Assembly (NCBI GenBank): GCA_045543555.1
Contig: JAZQMQ010000020.1
Location: forward strand, 2,911 to 66,910
Origin: Eubacteriales bacterium
Lineage (GTDB): Bacteria; Bacillota; Clostridia; Oscillospirales; CAG-272
Length of the DNA stretch: 64,000 bases
Direction: 5' to 3'
The notes below the pieces were generated by a model that was not told the origin of the DNA, made no database searches, and worked only from the letters and a program-made list of their open reading frames with translations. This document shows, piece after piece, positions 27,366-35,544 of the stretch. Positions within the stretch are counted from its first letter, which is position 1; every line of letters begins with the position of its first letter. A program made the position numbers and the translations under genes.

Positions 27366-27394
27366 ATTATATCACCTATATATTGTTTTTGCAA
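27366..27394 (-). promoter_or_regulatory. sigma-A promoter of the mdh-fumC-hdr-flx-frd operon
   Basis: Minus strand: TTGCAA (27394-27389), 17 nt, TGaTATAAT (-10 at 27371-27366). Confidence 0.6.
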
Positions 27395-27403
27395 ATGCAA
27401 AAA
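27386..27403. promoter_or_regulatory. 18-nt perfect palindrome overlapping the -35 (operator candidate)
   Basis: TTTTTGCA-AA-TGCAAAAA. Confidence 0.45.
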
Positions 27404-27409
27404 AAGCAT

Positions 27410-27429
27410 ATCGATATATTTTTATCGAT
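27410..27429. promoter_or_regulatory. inverted repeat at about -45 to -65 (LysR-type site candidate)
   Basis: ATCGATA-TATTTT-TATCGAT, perfect 7-nt arms. Fits the T-N11-A architecture. Confidence 0.4.
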
Positions 27430-27581
27430 TGGTGCAATGGTATTTTTTATATGGGGTAATATTAATAAATCAACAAATTATCGGTCTAAAAATAACGACT
27501 TTTAGTGTTTTTTTCGTTTGCGCAGTCAAATTTGTTGTTATATTGCATTATTCACATTCCTAGTTGGAATTAATCAATGTA

Positions 27582-27620
27582 AAAATGCAGATATCACCAC
27601 AAGGGTTTTATCTGCATTTT
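27582..27620 (-). terminator. terminator after the LysR gene
   Basis: AAAATGCAGAT...ATCTGCATTTT 11-nt arms. On the minus strand the tail is ATTTTTAC. Confidence 0.6.
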
Positions 27621-27658
27621 AACCAATTTTATCAGCTTACACTTATACAATATTACCA

Positions 27659-28594
27659 TTAAACAACGCCGAAGGCAACCTTGTTCTTAGTCTCATACAG
27701 CTTATCAATAAAGCGTCTGTCGAGCTCACTGAGCCTTGTTCCCTCCCTGCAAACCATAACGTCCTTATACTTATGTGCCGGAGCATTGCAGGATCTCTGT
27801 ATAAGCCCGTATCGTCTGAGTATGCTTTCGGGAGTCGGAGAAACCCACATAAAAGATGAAGGCATCATAGAAAGCAGCAGGAATGCGTCGGTGCCCTTAT
27901 AGAGATTTATAACCTTTTTGTCCGAGAGTGCAAGGGATACGTTTTCGCTCTGCACAACGTTTATATACGGCACGTTACAGTCGCCGTGAGTGACCTCAAC
28001 ATAGGAAGCAAAATCCGAAAGACTGAGCTTTTCCTTGCTTGCAAGCGGATGCTCCTTTGACATGAGCGCGAGGGATTCGAATTCCCATATCGGTTCGCAC
28101 TTAAGCCCCTTATCTCTGCAAAAATCGGCAAAATAGGTTTCATACTGCACCTGATAACGAATAACTCCGATATTGAATATTCCGTCGGAAACCATATTTA
28201 CCCCGTCAATTGAGGTTGTTTCTCCGAGATTCACATCGATTGGCTTATCGTTGTCAAGAGAGGATATAAATTCCATAGCCGCAACCGAAGCATAGCTTCC
28301 CCTTGGTACACATACGTTAAAGAACTGCATATCCGGATCATTTTCGCGACATATAGACTGCATTTGCTCTATTTGTGAGAGGATATTCTTTGCATAACGC
28401 AGAAATTCTTGTCCCTTATCTGTAGGAACAACTCCGCGCGAGGTTCTCTTGAATATTACTATACCAAGCGTGTCCTCAAGCTCCTTAATTGATTTGCTCA
28501 AGTTTGGCTGACCCATGAAAAGGTTCTCCGCAGCCTGTGTTATAGACCCTGTTTTTTCAACCTCGAGAGCATATTTGAAATGCTGTGTGTTCAT
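27659..28594 (-). CDS. LysR-family transcriptional regulator
   Basis: Start at ATG 28594 (MNTQHFKYALEVEKTGSITQAAENLFMGQPNLSKSIKELE) with GGAG 6 nt upstream. The track start is a TTG. Confidence 0.85.
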   Translation of the reverse strand: MNTQHFKYALEVEKTGSITQAAENLFMGQPNLSKSIKELEDTLGIVIFKRTSRGVVPTDKGQEFLRYAKNILSQIEQMQSICRENDPDMQFFNVCVPRGSYASVAAMEFISSLDNDKPIDVNLGETTSIDGVNMVSDGIFNIGVIRYQVQYETYFADFCRDKGLKCEPIWEFESLALMSKEHPLASKEKLSLSDFASYVEVTHGDCNVPYINVVQSENVSLALSDKKVINLYKGTDAFLLLSMMPSSFMWVSPTPESILRRYGLIQRSCNAPAHKYKDVMVCREGTRLSELDRRFIDKLYETKNKVAFGVV

Positions 28595-28617
28595 TTTGTT
28601 CTCCAATCGTTTTCCGT

Positions 28618-29853
28618 TTACAGCAGTGTCTTGTCAAAAAAGTGATTTTTATAAGACTTAACCTTATTATGCGTTATTTCCATAAATTTAAGCGTTCGTA
28701 TTATGTCATTATCCTTCGGGTTTTTAAAAGAATACACTATTCCCTTTTCCCTAATGACATTCTTTGCCTTGACCTTCATTTCGGGGTCCTTCAGATACTT
28801 CATCAAGATCCTTTTAGGCACCGAAGCCCAAACCGATTCGTTATCTCCGTATGTGGTGCAGTCACGTTCTTCATCAAAAACAACGTCGGAAACAAGCTCT
28901 GCCATTAAATTATATCCCGCAGCACGCACAAAATAGCTTGATCTGCCGTGTCTTGGATTAAGCTCGAAAAAGCAGAAGCTTCCGCTTTCCGCGTCATACT
29001 TGACATCAATATTGGAAAATCCGACAAAGCCTATTCCGTTTAAGAAGTCTTCGATCTGTTTATACAGCTCCGGAATTGACACGCTCATTATTCCGGCATA
29101 ATTACCGATCATATGGGGCGCGTATTCCTCAAGAAGAGCTTGTCCCATACACATAAACCTGACTTTTCCGTCTATTCCCGAATATGAATTCACGACAAAA
29201 GACGTCGTATCTCCCCCACGTATAAGCTTCTGAATTATCAGCTTTCCCTTATAACCGGTCTGATTCATTTTCGTAACGACTGCCAGGTACTCCTCTTCAC
29301 TTTTCAGGAAATATACCTTCTTCTTTCCTTCAAAGCTGCAGTGCAAATATTCACTTGCATTGGAATTTTCGGGCTTCATAACTATCGGGAAGCTGAAAGG
29401 TAGGTCTTTACATACAGTAAGCCTGTCCTTTACATCACATATCACCGTCTTTGGATAGTACAGTCCCTTATCCTCACACAACGAGTAGAATCCGTCCTTG
29501 GTGCTTATCCTCTCCATTAGGTCCGGAGAAACGAATTTGTTTGCTATCCTTCCCTCAAAAAGATGATAATTTTTAACGAGTAGCTCTGTATAGTAGTCTG
29601 CGCAGGGGATAACGATAAGCTTCCCCATTTTTTCACGTTCCTTAAGCTCCCTCAGAAGGGCGTTAACAAATATTTCGGGCTGATCGAAGCCCTTCACCGT
29701 CTTAACGGTAAGGATACTGCTTCTGTCGGTCTGTACCAGTGCGGTAGCGCACATACAAAGCGGCTTTACTCCGTATCTGTCATTAAAGCATCTTGCCGTG
29801 GCATATGCATTATCGTCGCTTCCGAGAATTATCGGAAAGAATTTATTATCCAT
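28618..29853 (-). CDS. ATP-grasp carboxylate-amine ligase (D-aspartate-ligase-like)
   Basis: 411 aa. N-terminus PIILGSDDNAYATARCF, ATP-grasp core (IVMKPENS, LIIQKLIRGG, FFELNPRHGRS). Confidence 0.7.
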   Translation of the reverse strand: MDNKFFPIILGSDDNAYATARCFNDRYGVKPLCMCATALVQTDRSSILTVKTVKGFDQPEIFVNALLRELKEREKMGKLIVIPCADYYTELLVKNYHLFEGRIANKFVSPDLMERISTKDGFYSLCEDKGLYYPKTVICDVKDRLTVCKDLPFSFPIVMKPENSNASEYLHCSFEGKKKVYFLKSEEEYLAVVTKMNQTGYKGKLIIQKLIRGGDTTSFVVNSYSGIDGKVRFMCMGQALLEEYAPHMIGNYAGIMSVSIPELYKQIEDFLNGIGFVGFSNIDVKYDAESGSFCFFELNPRHGRSSYFVRAAGYNLMAELVSDVVFDEERDCTTYGDNESVWASVPKRILMKYLKDPEMKVKAKNVIREKGIVYSFKNPKDNDIIRTLKFMEITHNKVKSYKNHFFDKTLL

Positions 29854-29867
29854 ATTCGCTCATTCTC

Positions 29868-31700
29868 TTATCTCAGTATAAAATATTGCTCGTACCAGAG
29901 CAGGAAAGAATAAACCGTATATATGATTCTGCCGTAATTTGCTTTTCCTGCCCTGTGATCATCGAGCATCGAGATCAGCTTATCACGGTCAAAGAATTCA
30001 CTTACGTATTCCCTATCAAAGCATTCCTTCACAATAGAGTAATACTTTTCCTCTTTTATCCATAGACGGAAAGGAACCATAAATCCACGCTTTTTCCTGT
30101 TTGACCAATCGCTAGGAATGTGTCTGTATGCCGCAGCTCTGAAAGCAGCCTTCGAGTGACGGTAACGCACCTTATTTTCATCATCAAGTGTTCTCGCGAC
30201 CGCCCACACCTCTCGGTCAAGGAACGGAACGCGAAGCTCAAGTGAATGAGCCATTGTCATCTTATCTGCCTTTAGGAGTATATCTCCCTGAAGCCAAAGG
30301 TGCATATCGAGATACATCTTTTTTTCAAGCTCGGATCTATTCTTCACAGCCTCATAATACGGCGCTGTAACATCGGTTCTGTTAATTGAAGAACGGTATT
30401 TTTCAGTCAGCAACGAATCTGCAGTGCTCTGACTCATAATATTGGCCTGACCTATATACTCATTTTCGGGAACGGAAGCATTTTCTGTCAAGAATCGTCC
30501 CACTCCGTGTCCGACCTTTCCAAACATCTTTCTTGCAAGCTTCCGAATGCAGAGAGGAAGTTTTCTGTATGTCATTCCTCTTTTTGAGCAGGTATATTCG
30601 TCATATCCTCCGAAAAGCTCATCCGCGCCTTCTCCGCTGAGAACGACCTTAACATCCTCTGCTGCAAGAGCAGACAGGTAATAAAGCGGAACAGCAGAAA
30701 GATTTGCATGCGGCTCATCAGAATGATATTGCACCATTGGCAGTGCGGCAAAAAACTCGTCGGGGGTTATCTCTTTTTTGCGGTTTTTCATCCCTTTTTC
30801 ACGGCAAAGCTCCTCAGCAAGCGAGGTTTCATCAAACCCTGCAGCATCAAAACCTACGGAAAACGTTTTATCGGGCTTTGCCACCGTGGCAATGTAGCTG
30901 CTGTCAACTCCGCCCGAAAGGAAGGAGCCTACCTCAACATCAGCTATTTTGTGGTATTCCACCGATGAGAGCACTGTCTTATCAATAATGTCGGCAGTTT
31001 CCTCTTCGCTTCTTACCTGTGGGGCGTATTCGAACGTATGATATTGCTTTATTTCCATTCCGCTATCGAGATTTAATGTAAAATATCTTCCGGGAAGGAG
31101 CTTATAAACATTTTTAAAGATCGTCTGCTCTATTGGAGAATATTGGAACTGAAGATACAAGGAGAGTATTTCGGGTGCAATCTCCTTTTTAAATGACGGA
31201 TGATGAAGAAACGACTTTATTTCCGAACCGAAAAAGTAGGTTCCGTCGATCTTTGACCAATAAAACGGCTTTATTCCGAACATATCTCTTGCACCGTATA
31301 TGCTTTCATTTTTTCTGTCATAGATAACAAAAGCAAACATTCCGCGAAGGTATGACGCCGCATCCTCACCGTACTGCATATAGGTATGGAGAATAACCTC
31401 AGTATCTGAATCGGTTGCGAACTCGTGTGAATATTTTTCTATAAGCTCTGCCCTGAGTTCTTTATAATTATATATCTCACCGTTGAAAACAATAACGTAG
31501 CGTCCGTCAGGGCTATATATTGGCTGATGACCTCCGTCCAGGTCGATGATGGACAGGCGTCGGAATCCAAGTGCAACGTCCTTTTCAACAAACTTACCGT
31601 CGCTGTCGGGTCCCCTATGAGCTATAGCTGCGCTCATATCGTCTATTGCTTTTTCTCTGTTATATTCGCCTTCTCCAAAGAAGCCGGTAAATCCGCACAT
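29868..31700 (-). CDS. asnB: asparagine synthase (glutamine-hydrolysing) family amidotransferase
   Basis: 610 aa. MCGF N-terminal nucleophile Cys, SGGVDSS PP-loop. Confidence 0.9.
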   Translation of the reverse strand: MCGFTGFFGEGEYNREKAIDDMSAAIAHRGPDSDGKFVEKDVALGFRRLSIIDLDGGHQPIYSPDGRYVIVFNGEIYNYKELRAELIEKYSHEFATDSDTEVILHTYMQYGEDAASYLRGMFAFVIYDRKNESIYGARDMFGIKPFYWSKIDGTYFFGSEIKSFLHHPSFKKEIAPEILSLYLQFQYSPIEQTIFKNVYKLLPGRYFTLNLDSGMEIKQYHTFEYAPQVRSEEETADIIDKTVLSSVEYHKIADVEVGSFLSGGVDSSYIATVAKPDKTFSVGFDAAGFDETSLAEELCREKGMKNRKKEITPDEFFAALPMVQYHSDEPHANLSAVPLYYLSALAAEDVKVVLSGEGADELFGGYDEYTCSKRGMTYRKLPLCIRKLARKMFGKVGHGVGRFLTENASVPENEYIGQANIMSQSTADSLLTEKYRSSINRTDVTAPYYEAVKNRSELEKKMYLDMHLWLQGDILLKADKMTMAHSLELRVPFLDREVWAVARTLDDENKVRYRHSKAAFRAAAYRHIPSDWSNRKKRGFMVPFRLWIKEEKYYSIVKECFDREYVSEFFDRDKLISMLDDHRAGKANYGRIIYTVYSFLLWYEQYFILR

Positions 31701-31715
31701 ATTTTACTCCGAATT

Positions 31716-33260
31716 TCAGTTATTTGCCGTAGAGACGGCAGCGTAATACTCCGAATAATATTTTTCAACCGCACCTGCGTCGGTTATATAGTCCTTGTAG
31801 CCGTTCGCTACTCTTTGGTTTGTCTCATTTCCCTTGCCGGCAATAAGAAGCACACTACTTTCACCCATTTCGTCAAGTGCCGTTCTTATAGCCGTCTCTC
31901 TGTCCTCAATTATCTTATAAGGGCATCCGGTTGCCTCAACGTTCTTTGCTATTTCCGCGCTGATGCTTTCAAAGGATTCGGATGAGGTATCATCCTCCGT
32001 TACATAAATAAAATCAGAATGTCTTCCCGCGGCATCTGCAAGATCATGACGGCGGTTAAACGCCTTATTTCCCGGGCAACCGAAAATAAACACTATTTTC
32101 TTATCCGGAAATTCTCTTTTTGCGCTTTTTGCCAAAGCCTCATAGCTCATGGTATTGTGTGCAAAATCAACTATAGCATTATATTTACCGTCACGACTTC
32201 TGTGAAGCTCCATTCTTCCCTCTACCGAGGTATGAGCTATCCCCTCATACATATATTCATACGGTACGTTGAGAATCGACAGCACGGAAATTGCCGCAAG
32301 CGCGTTATCGACGTTGAAAAATCCCGGTACCGTAAGCTTAAATGCACGGTCAAAAGTTTTGGTACGAACAGAGAAAAGTATTTCGTCACCTTCTTTTCTG
32401 ATGTTGTATCCATATATATCTGTTTTATCGTTTTTCGTACTGAATGTTGTTATTCCCTGCTTATCCTTAAGATACTCGCTCACCTCGTCATACCGGTCTG
32501 TATCGAGGTTAACGACTTTATTTTTTGATATATCGAAAAGTTTCAATTTGGATTTGAAGTAATCGTCATAATCGGGGTGTTCCACGGAGCTTATGTGATC
32601 GTATCCAATATTGAGGAAACAACCAATATCGTAGATTATTCCATCAACTCTACCGTACTTAAGTCCCTGTGATGATACCTCCATGCTCAGATATTCGGTA
32701 CCGTGATCCACCGCGGCAGCGAGATTTTTCTGAAGCTCCAAAGCTTCGGGGGTAGTGATTCTTGAGGGTATCTTTTCTTCGCCGATAAAGGTTGCAACCG
32801 TTGAAAAAAGGGCTGAATTAATTTTTCCTTGAGCCTTCTGCCATCTGTCAAGCGCAGCCTTTATAAAATACGCAACCGTTGTCTTACCTTTTGTCCCGGT
32901 CAAGCCTATGGTAGTCATTTTTTTTGCCGGCGAATCAAAGTGCATAACAGCGCAAACGCTCATTGCACGTCGTATATCGTTAACAAGGATAACCGGCAGA
33001 TCACACTCCGCATAAGCTTTCTCCGACACATAGGCAACAACACCCTTTTGAGATGCATCAAGGAGATACTCCACCTTAAAATTCTGCCCCTTACAGAAAA
33101 ACAGGGTATTTTCAGAAACTTCACGGTTGTCGTACGAAAGACATTGTATCACGCAATCGCAATCATCTGATGATACAAGTACCCCTTCAATTTCAAGAAG
33201 CGAGACAAACTCACTATATGTGTGCGCATATCCGCCGCTCACAATATCAACAACCGACAT
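31716..33260 (-). CDS. murE: MurE-type Mur ligase with non-canonical amino-acid-selection motif
   Basis: Start at ATG 33260 (GGAGG 6 nt upstream). GLTGTKGKTT, MEVSSQGL, DFAHN. DDTS lies where meso-DAP enzymes carry DNPR (YVTEDDTSSE). Confidence 0.85.
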   Translation of the reverse strand: MSVVDIVSGGYAHTYSEFVSLLEIEGVLVSSDDCDCVIQCLSYDNREVSENTLFFCKGQNFKVEYLLDASQKGVVAYVSEKAYAECDLPVILVNDIRRAMSVCAVMHFDSPAKKMTTIGLTGTKGKTTVAYFIKAALDRWQKAQGKINSALFSTVATFIGEEKIPSRITTPEALELQKNLAAAVDHGTEYLSMEVSSQGLKYGRVDGIIYDIGCFLNIGYDHISSVEHPDYDDYFKSKLKLFDISKNKVVNLDTDRYDEVSEYLKDKQGITTFSTKNDKTDIYGYNIRKEGDEILFSVRTKTFDRAFKLTVPGFFNVDNALAAISVLSILNVPYEYMYEGIAHTSVEGRMELHRSRDGKYNAIVDFAHNTMSYEALAKSAKREFPDKKIVFIFGCPGNKAFNRRHDLADAAGRHSDFIYVTEDDTSSESFESISAEIAKNVEATGCPYKIIEDRETAIRTALDEMGESSVLLIAGKGNETNQRVANGYKDYITDAGAVEKYYSEYYAAVSTANN

Positions 33261-33311
33261 ATAAACCTCCGCAAAAGTGGTCACAGTAACCTTATTTTAC
33301 TATTTCATATA

Positions 33312-33340
33312 ATTATATCATAATTACACACGGTTTTCAA
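33312..33340 (-). promoter_or_regulatory. sigma-A promoter of murE-asnB-ATP-grasp(-lysR)
   Basis: Minus strand: TTGAAA, 17 nt, TGaTATAAT. Confidence 0.6.
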
Positions 33341-33380
33341 GCGAAAAAGAAAATTTCCTCCGCTTTTCCGGAGGAAATTC
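33341..33380 (-). terminator. terminator of the dnaK operon / prmA
   Basis: AATTTCCTCCG-6 nt-CGGAGGAAATT stem followed on the minus strand by TTCTTTTTC. Confidence 0.75.
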
Positions 33381-33385
33381 TTATA

Positions 33386-34300
33386 TTAAGGTCTTGTGAA
33401 AAGCATTGCATTCCAATCGTTTTCAGCGGTAGTGAGAACGTATGTAAGTCCACCCTTGATCAGAGAGTCCTTAACTCTTTCAGCCTGTGTTTCGATTATT
33501 CCCGACACAGCCAAAAGTCCTCCCTTTTTCAAATAGGGGAGAATATCGGGAGCCATTCTCACGATGATATCCGCAACAATATTAGCGGATATAAAATCAT
33601 AAGCGCCACCGCTTCTGTCAACGCCTGCAAGTAGATCGGAAATTCCGCACACTACGTTGTCGCAACCGTTTTCGTCGCAGTTTTCCTGTGCAACTCTGAC
33701 GGCAACGGGATCAATGTCATAAGCATTGACCTTGCTTGCACCGAGCTTAGAAGCAGCAATCGCAAGAATTCCGCTTCCCGTACCGACGTCAAGAACGTAA
33801 TCGCCCTTTTTCATATAGCTTTCCATCATTGAAGAGCACAGTCTGGTTGTCTCATGGGTTCCTGTTCCGAATGCCATACCCGGATCCATCATAAGCACTA
33901 TGTCGTCTTCCTTGGGCTCATATTTTTCCCAAGTTGGTACGACAATAAGCTTTTTTCCTATTCTGACCGGCTTATAGTACTGTTTCCACGTGTTTGCCCA
34001 GTCCTCTTCCTTAACTCCTGCCAGCGTAATCTCATACTTTACGTTGATCAGCTGTTCCTTAATGAATGAAATACACTCAGCAGGATTTCTTTCATCCGGA
34101 ATATAAACGCTTACAGCACCGACAGAACGGTCAGCCGTTTTCATGGACTCATCCATGAGTTCACCATAGCAAGTATCCATTTTATCTATTTCGTTCGCAT
34201 CCTCGATCATAAGACCGTTATCGACCATACTCATAACCGCGCAAACATTATCAAGATCAGTTATATTACAAGATACACGTATCTGTGTCCAATTACTCAT
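33386..34300 (-). CDS. prmA: ribosomal protein L11 methyltransferase
   Basis: 304 aa. SAM motif VLDVGTGSGILAIAA. Position after dnaJ. Confidence 0.9.
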   Translation of the reverse strand: MSNWTQIRVSCNITDLDNVCAVMSMVDNGLMIEDANEIDKMDTCYGELMDESMKTADRSVGAVSVYIPDERNPAECISFIKEQLINVKYEITLAGVKEEDWANTWKQYYKPVRIGKKLIVVPTWEKYEPKEDDIVLMMDPGMAFGTGTHETTRLCSSMMESYMKKGDYVLDVGTGSGILAIAASKLGASKVNAYDIDPVAVRVAQENCDENGCDNVVCGISDLLAGVDRSGGAYDFISANIVADIIVRMAPDILPYLKKGGLLAVSGIIETQAERVKDSLIKGGLTYVLTTAENDWNAMLFTRP

Positions 34301-34322
34301 ATTTCCTCACAATGAATTCAGC

Positions 34323-35459
34323 TTATTTTTTGTTCTTTTTAAAGAACGACTGCTTTTTCTGATAATTTTTCTGCCCGGATTCTTCTGCAAATGAACGAAG
34401 GATTTCCTTCTGCTTATCATTCAGATTTTTTGGCACCTCCACGGTAACCTCAAATATAAGATCGCCCTTTCTGCCATTTCTGGGAGAAACTATACCCCCT
34501 CCGCGAACAGTAAATCTTGTGCCCGTCTGTGTTCCCTCGGGAATAGTGAATTTAACGCTATCCGTAAGTGTAGGAACGTCGATCTCAGCACCAAGGGCTG
34601 CCTCAACAAAGGTTATAGGCAACTCACAGTAGATATTTGTTCCGTCACGCTCAAAAATCTGATGAGGACGAACGCTGATGCTGACGTAAAGATCGCCTGC
34701 ACCACCACCGTTTCTTCCGTCGTTACCCTTGCCCGAGACTCTTAAGGTCTCGCCGTTATCGATACCTGCAGGTATGGTAACAGTAATGCTCTTCTGAAGT
34801 CTCACGTAACCCTTACCGTTACAGTTTTTACAGGGTGTTTTTACGATCTTACCTGTTCCTCGGCAGTTATCACATGCCTGTGTGCTTTGAAAAACACCAA
34901 ACGGAGTTCTCTGTGTTGTATTCACCTGACCGCGTCCGTTACAGGTAGGACAGGTTTCGGGGCTTGTGCCCTTTGCCGCGCCGTTACCTCCGCAGTCGGA
35001 GCATTTTTCAACTCTTGCGTATGTTATGTCCTTCTTGCAGCCGAAAGCCGCTTCTTCGAAGGTGATCGTGAGGCGGTATTGAAGATCGTCTCCTCTTACG
35101 GGACCGTTTCTTCTTGATGATCCGCCGCCGCCAAAGCCACCGAATCCTCCGCCGAACATTGAGCTGAATATATCGCCGAAATCGAAGCCTCCGAAATCGC
35201 CTCCGCCAAAGCCCGATCCACCCATCGAGGGATCGAACGCTGCATGGCCGTACTGGTCGTACTTACTCTTCTTGTCGGGATCCGAAAGCACTGCGTAAGC
35301 CTCGTTTACCTCCTTGAACTTTTCCTCAGCTTCCTTATCGCCGGGATTCATGTCGGGATGGTACTTTTTGGCAAGCTTTCTGTATGACTTTTTTATATCG
35401 TCGTCCGAGGCGCTTTTATCAACTCCAAGCACCTCGTAGTAATCTCTTTTATCTGCCAT
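34323..35459 (-). CDS. dnaJ: molecular chaperone DnaJ
   Basis: 378 aa. J-domain HPD, G/F region, four CxxCxGxG zinc motifs. Confidence 0.95.
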   Translation of the reverse strand: MADKRDYYEVLGVDKSASDDDIKKSYRKLAKKYHPDMNPGDKEAEEKFKEVNEAYAVLSDPDKKSKYDQYGHAAFDPSMGGSGFGGGDFGGFDFGDIFSSMFGGGFGGFGGGGSSRRNGPVRGDDLQYRLTITFEEAAFGCKKDITYARVEKCSDCGGNGAAKGTSPETCPTCNGRGQVNTTQRTPFGVFQSTQACDNCRGTGKIVKTPCKNCNGKGYVRLQKSITVTIPAGIDNGETLRVSGKGNDGRNGGGAGDLYVSISVRPHQIFERDGTNIYCELPITFVEAALGAEIDVPTLTDSVKFTIPEGTQTGTRFTVRGGGIVSPRNGRKGDLIFEVTVEVPKNLNDKQKEILRSFAEESGQKNYQKKQSFFKKNKK

Positions 35460-35507
35460 TTATGCCTCCGTTATTGCCCAATTAAAGCATCTTGCTTATA
35501 ACGGGCT

Positions 35508-35534
35508 TTTGCAGGGGCAAATTGCCCCTGCAAA
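35508..35534. other. 27-nt perfect palindrome between dnaK and dnaJ (intra-operon hairpin)
   Basis: TTTGCAGGGGCAA-A-TTGCCCCTGCAAA. No T-run on the minus strand, so it is likely a processing or attenuation stem rather than a full terminator. Confidence 0.5.
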
Positions 35535-35544
35535 GTAATTTTTA

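Noticed and set aside
27455-27560. Rex-box candidates upstream of the redox operon. These are TTGTTGATTTATTAATAT on the minus strand near 27459-27476, and TTGTTAT...TTCACAT at 27533-27557.
   Set aside because: The first matches only about 11 of 14 half-site positions and lies about 100 nt upstream of the start. In the second the half-sites are 10 nt apart instead of 4. Neither is convincing without a position-weight-matrix scan.
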